Under the pieces are notes generated by a model that searched no databases, was not told where the DNA came from, and worked only from the letters and a program-made list of their open reading frames with translations. Positions 32,164-42,131 of a stretch of 64,000 nt of DNA are shown in pieces (positions within the stretch are counted from its first letter, which is position 1; the number at the start of each line of letters is the position of its first letter). The stretch is from Simkaniaceae bacterium. GTDB lineage: Bacteria > Chlamydiota > Chlamydiia > Chlamydiales > JAJFMI01. The position numbers and the translations under genes are program-made. The stretch is from contig JBBDIZ010000027.1 of assembly GCA_040880145.1 (NCBI GenBank), positions 17,069 through 81,068 of the forward strand. Reading direction: 5' to 3'.

Positions 32164-33126
32164 TTATTTGTCAGAGGGCACCGCCATCATCCCAGGCTCG
32201 GGGATTTCCCTCCCCATTACTTCTAAGCGGTTTTTTGATAAAAAGGCTTGGCGCGTTTCAGGATAACGAATGACGATAGTCGAATAGTAAATAGCTGCAG
32301 AATCGGGTTTTTTCGTCTTCTCGTAAAACCTTCCGATTTGGAAAAGCTCATCTGCAAATTCTTCTTTCATAGCAAGCAAAGTCGATTCGGCTTGATTGAT
32401 ACGAGGCTCTCCCGGAAAATCTCGACGAAATTTTCTAAGATTAATTTCAGCTAAGTCGAGGTAATCAGGATCGGGAAATTTTGACTGGCACTGTTTAAGA
32501 TAAACTCCTAAAATCCCTAGATAACTTTCTGATGAAAGAGGGTGTTTCGGGAAGCGGCGAATTAGAGTTTGATACGCTTCAACACTGCCTTTGTAGTCGG
32601 AAAGCTGTGCATAAAGTTCTGCCTTTCGAAAAAGCGCTTCAGCTGCCACCTCATGATGGGGAAGAGAGGTAATAACCTCGTCATAGATTCGGATGGCTTC
32701 ATCTTTAGCAGGCAGCCATTGAGGCATATTTCGCGCGCCAAAAAGATGTTTTTTCGCTCCATTTTCAAACTGCTTAGCAATATTAAATTTATAAGAAATT
32801 GCCTCTTCAAAAAATTTTGGAGACGCTTGTGCTCTAAGATACTGCGAAAAATAACTATCAGCCGTTTCAAAATCCCCTTTATTATAGTAGCCAACTCCCA
32901 AATAATAGCTAAGTTCTTCAGCAAAATGAGAGGTTGGATAATAAATGCGAACTTGCCGGCAATGGTGGATCAGCTCACGCCAATCGCTTTCCCGAAGAGC
33001 CTCCATAGCCCTTCCATAATATTCACTTACGCTTAAATGCTTATCGATAGATTCATTTTCGCTTTCTGCTTTCAGAAATTGAGAGCTTAAAATAAAAATG
33101 AACAGTAAAAAATATTTTTTTCTCAT
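32164..33126 (-). CDS. bamD: Outer membrane assembly factor BamD-like TPR protein
   Basis: TPR repeats (YPTS, RFPKHP), IGRFYEK, RYPET. Confidence 0.8.
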   Translation of the reverse strand: MRKKYFLLFIFILSSQFLKAESENESIDKHLSVSEYYGRAMEALRESDWRELIHHCRQVRIYYPTSHFAEELSYYLGVGYYNKGDFETADSYFSQYLRAQASPKFFEEAISYKFNIAKQFENGAKKHLFGARNMPQWLPAKDEAIRIYDEVITSLPHHEVAAEALFRKAELYAQLSDYKGSVEAYQTLIRRFPKHPLSSESYLGILGVYLKQCQSKFPDPDYLDLAEINLRKFRRDFPGEPRINQAESTLLAMKEEFADELFQIGRFYEKTKKPDSAAIYYSTIVIRYPETRQAFLSKNRLEVMGREIPEPGMMAVPSDK

Positions 33127-33175
33127 AGCGCGTCATCAAATTAGTGTTAATGCAACCATTATTACAAAAAGTTGC

Positions 33176-36100
33176 TTATTTAGCCACTTCCAATCGTTTA
33201 AAACAGGTCAAAGACTGAATTTTTTCTTCAATTTCATCCGACCAGGCCACCCCCCAATCGGAGTCAATCTCAATTTTTCCAATGGCCCCCTCTTGGCTCA
33301 CAAAATGTAAAAAGAGAGGACTCTGACCTGGATAATCTTGAAGTATTTTTTTTATTTTAACGATATGGCTAAGCTTGATCTCATCGGCATCTATATGAAT
33401 ATGAATGGTTTTTTTAGAAGTCATCGAAATTTTTTCTTCCTTATTTTTGACCTCTTTCGGACGTTTTGACTCTCTTATTTCCATCGTTTTGGCTTGCTCA
33501 TAGGCTTTATCAGAAGCTTGAATCATCTCTTCGTCCATCTTCGTCAAATCATCGAGCCAACGGCAATGCAGGCGGAAATCCCCCTCCCGTTTATCAACCT
33601 GAACAACCGCATATAAAAGTTGATTTTCATGAAGAATGTGATTTTTGATTTCATAAAGATCCGACCAGATAGGCAGTTCAAAATGTTCATGGCCATTGCT
33701 AATAATTAAAATCGCAAATTTGCGTTGACTTCTCTGAGAGATGCGCACTGTAATCGTATCGACAATGAAGGCTGCTCTAAAAACAGCGCCATGATCCGCT
33801 TGCCTTAAATGCGTAAAAGGAACGCAGGAGAGTTTTGTTAAGTATTCCTGATACTCATCCATGGGATGACCTGTGAGATAAAACCCTAAGAGCTCTTTTT
33901 CGCGGCTCAAACGTTCTTGCTTTGAAGATTCTTCAACGTTTTCAGGGGGTAAAAGAAAGGGGGAAGAATTCTCATTCTCTAAGGAGGCAAAAAGGTCAAT
34001 TACTCCTTTTGCCTTCTCTTTTTGCTCCCGCATGGCCTGTTCATACATCGGCTCTAGCTCAGAGCGCAATTGACTTCGCGTCCAATTTGAAAAATCGAAC
34101 CCTCCCGCATCAATGAGGTGTAAAATAGCCTTTTTACCGGCTCGTTTAAGATCGATCCGTTTTAAAAAATCATAAAGCGATGAGAAGTTCCCTTCCTTTT
34201 CACGCTCTTCGATGATCGCCTCAACAACTCCATGGCCAACCCCTTTAATTCCCGACATCGCAAAGCGGATCCCCTCATTTGTAGCGACAAACTCGTCTCC
34301 CGATTCATTGACATCCGGCGAAAGGATGGGAATCGCCATCGATTCGGCTTCGCGAATGTGCTTTGAAACCCTTGAGATATCATCGATATCGCAGGTCATA
34401 AGAGCTGCCATCCATTCTTTAGGGTGATTCGCTTTAAGATAAGCCGTTACGTAGCTTAGAAAACCATAAGCTGTAGCATGAGCTTTGTTAAAACCGTAGG
34501 ACGCAAATTTTTCTACATTACTGAAAATCTCTCCTGCCAATCCCTCATCGAGCCCCTTTTCAATAGCCCCTTTTAAGAATTTTTTGCGCTGCCTTTGCAT
34601 CTCCTCATGGTCTTTTTTTCCCATCGCCTTGCGGAGCAAATCCCCTTCACCCAAGCTATAGCCTGCAAGTTTTTGAGCGATCTGCATCACCTGCTCTTGA
34701 TAAACCATGATCCCATACGTTTCCTTAAGAATCTCTTCCATCCAAGGATGGTCATAAACAATAGGCTCTCTTTTATGCTTACGATTGATAAAAGTTGGGA
34801 TCATCTCCATCGGACCGGGGCGGTAAAGAGCGCCCACCGCGATAATCTCTTCGAATTTATCGATGTGAAGCTGGCGCGCTAGATCCTGCATTCCTCCGGA
34901 TTCCAGTTGAAAAACTCCAAGAGTTTTGCCTTGATTGAGCAAGTCAAACGTGTTGGCGTCGTTAAGAGGAAGATTGACCACATCTAAAGAGACCTCGCCC
35001 TTTTTTTCTAAAGCCCTTACCGTTTTTTGAATCGACGTCAACGTTTTCAATCCCAAAAAATCGATCTTCAACATCCCGACCGATTCAACAGGTTTCATAG
35101 CATATTGCGTAACGACCATATCGGCATCTTTTGCCGTGCAAACAGGAATATGATCGGTTAGCGGATCAGCAGAAACAATTAAACCTGCCGCATGAATTCC
35201 CGTGTTCCGAATCGAGCCTTCTAAAATTTTCGCAATATCGATGATGCGCTTAGCGTCCTCATCGGACTCGTAAAATTTGAGCAGATCCTTATCCATTTCA
35301 AATGCCTTTTCAAGCGTCATATTAGGATCTTCAGGGACAAGTTTTGCAATTTCATTCACCTTCGCTAAAGGGACTGAGAGAACTCGGCCCACATCTTTGA
35401 TGGCCATTTTTGCCTTCATCGTGCCAAAAGTGATGATTTGAGCAACCTTGTCCTTGCCATACTTTTGAATCGTATAGTCGATCACTTTCGATCGTCTTTC
35501 CATACAAATATCGACATCGATATCAGGATAGGAAAGACGCTCCGGATTGATAAAGCGCTCGAAGAAAAGAGAAAAACGAAGCGGCTCGATATCGGTTACA
35601 CCGATGAGATAAAGAATAATAGAACCGGCCCCGGATCCTCGCCCGGGCCCTACTGGAATATCGTGGCTTTTGGCCCATGAAATGAAGTCGCGTACAATGA
35701 GTAAATAGTCGCACATTCCCTTTGAAAGAATCACATTGAGCTCATAATCAAGACGCTCTTTCACAACAACCCCAGGGTCTTTATCCGGATATTTATTGCG
35801 AACCTCCTCCAAAGCCTCTTGAGTATATCTTTTTTCAATACCCTCTAAACAAAGAGTCTTCAAATAGTCTTCAGAGGCCTTTTCCCTTTCTTGGGCTGTG
35901 AACGTCCTTCCTTCTAAATGAGGCGGCACAAAAACGGGATAAAACCGCGCCTTAAAATTCATTTCAAAAGAGCACTTCTCAGCAATCTTAAGCGAATTTT
36001 CAATCGCCTGTGGCTGATCACTAAAAAGTGTTGTCATTTCTTCTGAATTCTTAAAATAATATTCGTGAGAATTTAGTGTATGACGCTTTGGATTTGGGAT

Positions 36101-36919
36101 GCGCCTTAAGACACGCCCATGCGTATCCCTCTCCCAAATTTCGCAGGGCTCACCCGATTGCACATTCATCAATATTTCATGAGCACGCCAATCTTCACGA
36201 TTTAGATAACGAGTTGCATTGGTCGCAACAACTGGAAGTTCGAGTTTTAAAAGAGAGTTGTTCAGGGTCGCTTGCTTCTTTATAAAATCACGATGTTTTC
36301 GAATCAACCAGGATTCTTGATCCATTCCATCTAAAGAAATATGCGCTTCACTCATCTGATGCCGCTGAAGCTGCAAATAGAGATCATCCTTAAAAAGCTC
36401 TTTTAAAAAAGTGAGCTCCGCCAAGCTCTCTTTCTCGTCTGATTCAAGCAAGGCCGATGCTAAGCGGCTTCGCATTTGACCGGTTAAGCAGATCAAACCC
36501 TCTGCATGCTGAGCTAAAATCTCGCGATCAACTCTCGGTGTATAATAAAATCCCTCCAGAAAACCGATCGATGTCAACTTGCAAAGATTCTGATATCCCT
36601 TTTTATTCTTTGCTAAAAGAACGAGAGGATACCCATTTTGCAGCCCATAAGTTTTCTTTTTTTCAAGTCTAGATGTTGGAGCAAGAGCAATCTCTAAGCC
36701 GATGATGGGCTTGATCCCTTCTGATTGACACGCCTTAAAAAACTCAACCGCTCCGAACATATTTCCAAGATCAGTCAAAGCAAGAGCCGCCATATGACAT
36801 TCTCGAGCACGCTTTGCGATAGCCTTAACCGAGATGCTTGCGTTTAATACGGAATACTGGGAGTGATTGACAAGTGAGACCCAAGAAGACATAGAGTTCA
36901 TGTTAGCAACATTCGACAT
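33176..36919 (-). CDS. dnaE: DNA polymerase III alpha subunit
   Basis: GPGRGSGAGS, PDIDVD, KIDFLGL, YGFNKAH. Confidence 0.98.
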   Translation of the reverse strand: MSNVANMNSMSSWVSLVNHSQYSVLNASISVKAIAKRARECHMAALALTDLGNMFGAVEFFKACQSEGIKPIIGLEIALAPTSRLEKKKTYGLQNGYPLVLLAKNKKGYQNLCKLTSIGFLEGFYYTPRVDREILAQHAEGLICLTGQMRSRLASALLESDEKESLAELTFLKELFKDDLYLQLQRHQMSEAHISLDGMDQESWLIRKHRDFIKKQATLNNSLLKLELPVVATNATRYLNREDWRAHEILMNVQSGEPCEIWERDTHGRVLRRIPNPKRHTLNSHEYYFKNSEEMTTLFSDQPQAIENSLKIAEKCSFEMNFKARFYPVFVPPHLEGRTFTAQEREKASEDYLKTLCLEGIEKRYTQEALEEVRNKYPDKDPGVVVKERLDYELNVILSKGMCDYLLIVRDFISWAKSHDIPVGPGRGSGAGSIILYLIGVTDIEPLRFSLFFERFINPERLSYPDIDVDICMERRSKVIDYTIQKYGKDKVAQIITFGTMKAKMAIKDVGRVLSVPLAKVNEIAKLVPEDPNMTLEKAFEMDKDLLKFYESDEDAKRIIDIAKILEGSIRNTGIHAAGLIVSADPLTDHIPVCTAKDADMVVTQYAMKPVESVGMLKIDFLGLKTLTSIQKTVRALEKKGEVSLDVVNLPLNDANTFDLLNQGKTLGVFQLESGGMQDLARQLHIDKFEEIIAVGALYRPGPMEMIPTFINRKHKREPIVYDHPWMEEILKETYGIMVYQEQVMQIAQKLAGYSLGEGDLLRKAMGKKDHEEMQRQRKKFLKGAIEKGLDEGLAGEIFSNVEKFASYGFNKAHATAYGFLSYVTAYLKANHPKEWMAALMTCDIDDISRVSKHIREAESMAIPILSPDVNESGDEFVATNEGIRFAMSGIKGVGHGVVEAIIEEREKEGNFSSLYDFLKRIDLKRAGKKAILHLIDAGGFDFSNWTRSQLRSELEPMYEQAMREQKEKAKGVIDLFASLENENSSPFLLPPENVEESSKQERLSREKELLGFYLTGHPMDEYQEYLTKLSCVPFTHLRQADHGAVFRAAFIVDTITVRISQRSQRKFAILIISNGHEHFELPIWSDLYEIKNHILHENQLLYAVVQVDKREGDFRLHCRWLDDLTKMDEEMIQASDKAYEQAKTMEIRESKRPKEVKNKEEKISMTSKKTIHIHIDADEIKLSHIVKIKKILQDYPGQSPLFLHFVSQEGAIGKIEIDSDWGVAWSDEIEEKIQSLTCFKRLEVAK

Positions 36920-36932
36920 ATTGACTCAAGTG

Positions 36933-38276
36933 TCAAACAGCAGAAGATTCAAGTTGATCGACTCTTTTTCTAACCGACCATAGAGGAATCAAGAGAAGCG
37001 TAGCGGTGATGCTGCAGGCAACGAGCAAGACAAAGACGCCCGACCAACCATAATCTTGAGAGACCTTGCCAACCGGGTAACCCGCCGAGGCGGCTCCAAG
37101 ATAACCAATCCATCCGGCAAAACCCGAAGCCGTTCCAGCTGCTTTCTTATGAGCGAGTTCAGCCGCCGCCATTCCGATCAACATCTGCGGCCCAAAAATA
37201 AAGAACCCAATAGAAAACATCAAAGAGGCATCGAAAGCAAATCTTCCGGCAGGAGAAAGCCAAAGGCCAAGAAGCGCTAAAATCACCCCAAACGAAAAGA
37301 TCACATTGACAGGACCGCGGCGCCCTTTATAAATTTTATCGGAGAGAAACCCCGCAGCTAAACTTCCAAAAAAACCGCCAAGTTCAAAAATTCCAATACA
37401 GGAGCCGGCCTTAATGAGAGAGTAGTGTTTATGTTCAAAGAGAAAGAGCTGGCCCCAGTCATTGATCCCTTGCCTGACGACATAGATAAAGAAATAACTT
37501 ATTGCCAAAATCCAAATGAACCGATTTTTCAAGACATATTGGAGAAGAATTTGTTTCGTTGAAAGCTCCTTTTCATGAGACTTCACCTCACGCTCCGACT
37601 CCTCACCCATAAATTTTTCAATTGGGGGAAGCCCAAGAGATTGGGGCGTATCGCGAAGCGCATAGATTAAAAACAGTCCGGCCATAATGGAGAGAATCCC
37701 CGGAACAAAAAGAGCAAACCGCCAGCCATACTGCGCCGCATAATAAGAAGCTACGATTGGAATTAACAACCCTCCCACATTATGGGAAGTATTCCAAAGC
37801 CCCCACCAACGCCCTCTTTCAGATTGAGAATACCAGTGAGTTAAAAGTCGCGCGCAAGGAGGCCACCCCCACCCTTGAAACCATCCATTCAGCCCCCAAA
37901 ATAGAGCGAACAGAACAAGAGATGAGCTAAATCCAAAAAAGATGTTAAAGAAACCGGTCAATATCAACCCGAAGGCCATAAAGGCTCGCGGATTCGATCG
38001 GTCGGCAACAATCCCGCTTAAAAACTTACTCAAGCCGTAAGAAATAGACAGGATGCTCGCTAAAATACCGAGCTGACTTTTAGAATAACCAAGAGCCGAC
38101 ATCAATGTCGGCATCGCAAAAACTAAACTCTTACGAGTGAAATAATAAAACGCGTAGCCGACATACATACCGGCAAAGATCCGAAGCCGCCAATAGCGAT
38201 AACGACTCCTTACCTCTTCAGCATTTTCAATTTCTTTAATATGCGGACTTGGTTTAAAAAAATTAATTAATCCCAC
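36933..38276 (-). CDS. uhpC: Hexose-phosphate MFS transporter (host glucose-6-phosphate uptake)
   Basis: YYFTRKS, GWFQGWGWPPC, WNTSHNVGG, GPQMLIG. Confidence 0.93.
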   Translation of the reverse strand: MGLINFFKPSPHIKEIENAEEVRSRYRYWRLRIFAGMYVGYAFYYFTRKSLVFAMPTLMSALGYSKSQLGILASILSISYGLSKFLSGIVADRSNPRAFMAFGLILTGFFNIFFGFSSSLVLFALFWGLNGWFQGWGWPPCARLLTHWYSQSERGRWWGLWNTSHNVGGLLIPIVASYYAAQYGWRFALFVPGILSIMAGLFLIYALRDTPQSLGLPPIEKFMGEESEREVKSHEKELSTKQILLQYVLKNRFIWILAISYFFIYVVRQGINDWGQLFLFEHKHYSLIKAGSCIGIFELGGFFGSLAAGFLSDKIYKGRRGPVNVIFSFGVILALLGLWLSPAGRFAFDASLMFSIGFFIFGPQMLIGMAAAELAHKKAAGTASGFAGWIGYLGAASAGYPVGKVSQDYGWSGVFVLLVACSITATLLLIPLWSVRKRVDQLESSAV

Positions 38277-38447
38277 TAATTACCCTAATTATCTAAACCG
38301 AAAATAATTAATTATTAAGTTTATATATACAATGTCTAATTACAAGGAATTCATGTTAATGGAAAAGAGACCCAAAGTCAATCTCAATCCACAGGATTAG
38401 AGAAGAGTTATATTTACATAAATTTTTAATTTATTCATTGTGAAGTC

Positions 38448-39056
38448 ATGGGAACGCCTTCGCCACCAATCAGACCATCCGACTCTAGAGACTCCGAAAA
38501 AGTCACCTTTCCCTCTATTGAAAGGCAAAAACGTATTAAAGAAAAATATGAAGATGCCAAAGAGGAGCAAGAGGGAGGTTTTTTTCTTTTAACCTGGGTC
38601 ATGCAAACTTTAAAAAAAGTAATTAACATCTTCATCACTTCTCGAGAGGAAGGGTACCTGAACCCCGAGATCCAAACCCTCTTTGTCGATATACGCAAAC
38701 TTCGTAATCTCTTTGCTCGAATGAAAACAGAGGACATGAGCCATGATGCTACCTTTATCAGTCGGCTTTCGATCCACTGGAGCGTCCTGGCAACGGACAT
38801 TGAAAACCTTGGTTTTGAACACGTTACAATCACACTAAAAGCGCAGCTTGCCCACCTTAAAAGCAGCCTCAATGATTACTCCATTCAAGGCTCTATGTCC
38901 TTCGGCTTCTACCTGGAAGAGCATGCCGGCGAAAGCTGGTTCCCTCTTCCCTTCCTAGAGATGATCCGCTCCCTTTATACAGAAGCGCTCATAACTCCGG
39001 AATACTGCACCCTTAGCTCCTGGATCAAAGAAATTGATACTATATTACAGGGTTAA
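38448..39056 (+). CDS. Hypothetical protein
   Basis: 202-aa ORF with Pro/Ser-rich N-terminus, divergent from uhpC. Confidence 0.7.
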   Translation: MGTPSPPIRPSDSRDSEKVTFPSIERQKRIKEKYEDAKEEQEGGFFLLTWVMQTLKKVINIFITSREEGYLNPEIQTLFVDIRKLRNLFARMKTEDMSHDATFISRLSIHWSVLATDIENLGFEHVTITLKAQLAHLKSSLNDYSIQGSMSFGFYLEEHAGESWFPLPFLEMIRSLYTEALITPEYCTLSSWIKEIDTILQG

Positions 39057-39155
39057 CAGCTTCCAAGACTAAAGCCGATGGGAGCTGCCGATGACATGGA
39101 TGTTAGAGCCCAATCCGTATTCAAATAATTTTTATTAAACTGTTTTTATAATTAA

Positions 39156-39184
39156 TTGACCTATTAGTAATCATTCTGTATAAT
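39156..39184 (+). promoter_or_regulatory. Near-consensus sigma66 promoter
   Basis: TTGACC-17 nt-TATAAT. Confidence 0.7.
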
Positions 39185-39207
39185 TAAATATAAATTACGG
39201 TGATAAT

Positions 39208-39951
39208 ATGTCAAAAGTATGTGAGCAATATTTCAGACTTGATTTATCTTATTTATACGAAAAAACTTATAATGATATTCAAAATTGTTGGACTCTAGAA
39301 AAAATTGAACCCTTGTATAATGAGGTAAAAAATAACCCAAAACTTCAGACAAATAATAAATTGAAACACTCTTTAATTAAAAGAAGACTCCTCATAAAAT
39401 TAAATGAAACTAGTTTGAATAATTTGGATCTATTTAAGACCTACACTCAAAAAGATATAGGGGACCATCTTCCTAAGCCAAGCCCTCTAATCTGTAAATT
39501 GGGTAGTTTTTATTTTCACAAACCAAGCACCCGGCTTCTTCCGATATTTAGCAAAAACCTTATCAAACCAACCATTATTAAGAAAACTTCAACCTTAGAC
39601 TTTACGATTACCATTACCGAAAACAAAGCTCTTACAAAACGCGTATGGGAAAAGACTCTAAATGGATTCGATGCCTTAAATTATTCACCCAAAATAGGCT
39701 CCAATAATGAGAAAGTTTTCGTCGACTTCCTTCAAAAAATCAATCTGACTCCAATCGATTCTCTCCCTTCATTGGATTTAACCCAACTAGATCTTCCCAA
39801 CTCTCATAAAGAATATCTACTTTGTAAAAATATTGAGAGGCAATTCAACTACTTAGCAGCCGAACTCATTGCAGCTGCGAATGCCACAATTGAAGAGAAG
39901 CAACTTGAATTCGATGCGGGCTGTCAAAACAATAACAATATTCGAAACTGA
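39208..39951 (+). CDS. AT-rich hypothetical protein
   Basis: 247-aa ORF with its own promoter; K/N/L-rich. Confidence 0.65.
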   Translation: MSKVCEQYFRLDLSYLYEKTYNDIQNCWTLEKIEPLYNEVKNNPKLQTNNKLKHSLIKRRLLIKLNETSLNNLDLFKTYTQKDIGDHLPKPSPLICKLGSFYFHKPSTRLLPIFSKNLIKPTIIKKTSTLDFTITITENKALTKRVWEKTLNGFDALNYSPKIGSNNEKVFVDFLQKINLTPIDSLPSLDLTQLDLPNSHKEYLLCKNIERQFNYLAAELIAAANATIEEKQLEFDAGCQNNNNIRN

Positions 39952-40010
39952 ATAAATCCAAATCTCTCTTTCCTTGATTTTTAAAAAATCATACCCTATC
40001 ATTCTCCTGT

Positions 40011-40811
40011 ATGAAAAAAACCCTACTTCTTACCCTCCTTTTTTTAAGTTTCTCATCCCCAAACTATTCTTCTGTGAGCCCAAATCTCTTTGAAAAGTCT
40101 TTTCAAGAAAAAATTACAGAATTCACTCCTTTACTTCTTGAAAAGAAAATAAATGTTTCAGCTGTTCAGACTTTTCTTTCTACACTTTGTAGAGAAGGAT
40201 ATGCCGAAGTTGAAGGCCTTGATACTGAATGCCGCTCGATTTGCGTAACAGCTCAAGGAGCTATTGAGGAGGCTTTAGCTCACTTGTTAAAGAAAGGGAC
40301 TATTCGTAAAGTCGATGCGATCTTCCTCACGCCTCTTCCGACAACCCCTCTTCGAAAGAAGGGACAAACAACGGGTTTGTCGAGCGAAACCTTTGATCCT
40401 GCAAGAGCTTATACACTCGACATGAGAGAAGTTTCATTACGAGTCCTTAGAAAGGCGCACGCAACAATTCACGTCGCTTACTCAAAGGATGCCTTTGAAA
40501 GGCTAAAATCTTCCGAATCTGAGGACTCGCTAAAGCAGATCAAAATTTGGGAGAAGGAAAAGAAGCACCCCTATGTTATGGATGCCCCTCTCTCTGTTGA
40601 TATTCCAAGCGAACTTGTTGGAGCTCTTTATCTGATTGAAGACTCAAATAAAGAACGATTTATTTTAACTACCCATGGAATCCAAGCAAAGGATGCTCCA
40701 AATGGCTTTGCAATTTGGAAAAAATGGTTTTCCCCGGCTTCCGAAAAAGGCGAGGGGTATCATCGCGCCCTACAAATGATGAATTTTATTTTCGAAAATG
40801 GAGCGCTTTGA
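40011..40811 (+). CDS. Hypothetical exported protein
   Basis: Signal peptide MKKTLLLTLLFLSFS; 266 aa. Confidence 0.7.
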   Translation: MKKTLLLTLLFLSFSSPNYSSVSPNLFEKSFQEKITEFTPLLLEKKINVSAVQTFLSTLCREGYAEVEGLDTECRSICVTAQGAIEEALAHLLKKGTIRKVDAIFLTPLPTTPLRKKGQTTGLSSETFDPARAYTLDMREVSLRVLRKAHATIHVAYSKDAFERLKSSESEDSLKQIKIWEKEKKHPYVMDAPLSVDIPSELVGALYLIEDSNKERFILTTHGIQAKDAPNGFAIWKKWFSPASEKGEGYHRALQMMNFIFENGAL

Positions 40812-40820
40812 AAAGTTGCC

Positions 40821-42131
40821 ATGCCATACTTAAAACCTAAAGGCACCTTTGACATTCTCCCCAAGCCTGTAAAGCCGGAGGATCGCTGGAGGGAATCTAC
40901 GCGGTATCAATATCTCGAAGAGCTTTTGAGAAAAACCTCTCATGACTATGGATTCTATGAGATTCGAACCCCCATTTTTGAAAAGTCAGACCTTTTTATT
41001 CGATCTGTCGGAGAAGCTTCTGATATTATTTCTAAAGAGATGTACTCATTTGAAGATAAGGCAGGGCGGCACATGAGTTTGCGCCCTGAGGGAACCGCTC
41101 CTGTTCTTCGTGCATTTTTAGAAAATGGCCTCCCAAACGGAGGGGATCATAAGTTTTTCTACATCGGGCCTTATTTTCGATACGACCGCCCTCAAAAAGG
41201 ACGCTTTCGCCAATTCCATCAATATGGTGTTGAAGCTATTGGAAGGAGCGATCCTCTGCAGGATGTCGAAATCATCGATCTGAATATGGAGATCTACCGC
41301 AGACTGGGTCTTAAAAACTTAACCTTAATGATCAACTCAGTAGGCAGCTCTCTTTGCCGCCCAAGCTTTACAGCGGCTTTAAAGGCCTATTTAGAACCCT
41401 CTTTTTCAAAACTTTCAGAAGAGAGTCAGATGCGATTTAAAAAAAATCCACTGAGAATCCTAGACACCAAGTCAAAGGGTGATTTAGAAATTCTAAAGGG
41501 GGCTCCCTCTATTTTAGACCATCTCGATAAAGAGTGCCTCTTCCACTTTGAAGAGGTCAAAAAATGGCTGACGCGGTTAAAGATCCCTTTTGTTATCAAT
41601 GACAAACTTGTCCGCGGCCTCGATTATTATACAAAAACAGTTTTTGAAATTACCTCTGATGTCTTAGGCGCTCAGAATACAATTGGAGCGGGAGGGCGTT
41701 ATGACGGTTTGATGAAAGCGCTTGGCGGCGAGGATTTGCCCTCCATAGGTTTTGCAACAGGAATCGAACGTATTTTACATACAATAGATGGGCAGGGGTA
41801 TAGAGGCCCCTCCCTCCTGAATCCTTTTGTATTATTAATTGGCCTTGGAGATCAGGCCGAAAATAAATGCTCAGAGCTGCTCTTTCACTTACGCCATAGC
41901 TCGATACCGGCTAGCCACCTCTATAATACGAAAAAACTTAGCAAAGCGTTATCTCATGCCAGTGACTTCGGCGCTTCTTATGTTCTTATTCTTGGCGATG
42001 ACGAGCTAAGCGAAGGGACCATTAACGTAAAAAATCTAAAAACGCGCGAAACCCTTAATCACCCAATTGAAACGATTGTGGAATACATGAGCGAAAGACT
42101 ATGTTTGACTACCGACGCACACACAAATTAG
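40821..42131 (+). CDS. hisS: Histidyl-tRNA synthetase
   Basis: LRPEGTA, FRYDRPQKGRFRQFHQ, LVRGLDYY, GGRYDGL. Confidence 0.98.
   Translation: MPYLKPKGTFDILPKPVKPEDRWRESTRYQYLEELLRKTSHDYGFYEIRTPIFEKSDLFIRSVGEASDIISKEMYSFEDKAGRHMSLRPEGTAPVLRAFLENGLPNGGDHKFFYIGPYFRYDRPQKGRFRQFHQYGVEAIGRSDPLQDVEIIDLNMEIYRRLGLKNLTLMINSVGSSLCRPSFTAALKAYLEPSFSKLSEESQMRFKKNPLRILDTKSKGDLEILKGAPSILDHLDKECLFHFEEVKKWLTRLKIPFVINDKLVRGLDYYTKTVFEITSDVLGAQNTIGAGGRYDGLMKALGGEDLPSIGFATGIERILHTIDGQGYRGPSLLNPFVLLIGLGDQAENKCSELLFHLRHSSIPASHLYNTKKLSKALSHASDFGASYVLILGDDELSEGTINVKNLKTRETLNHPIETIVEYMSERLCLTTDAHTN

Noticed and set aside
33176..36919. Intein in dnaE
   Set aside because: Length is normal and no splice-junction motifs interrupt the conserved core
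39070..39094. Possible sigma28 promoter TAAA...GCCGATGA
   Set aside because: Spacer is 13 nt rather than about 15, and a better sigma66 promoter lies downstream
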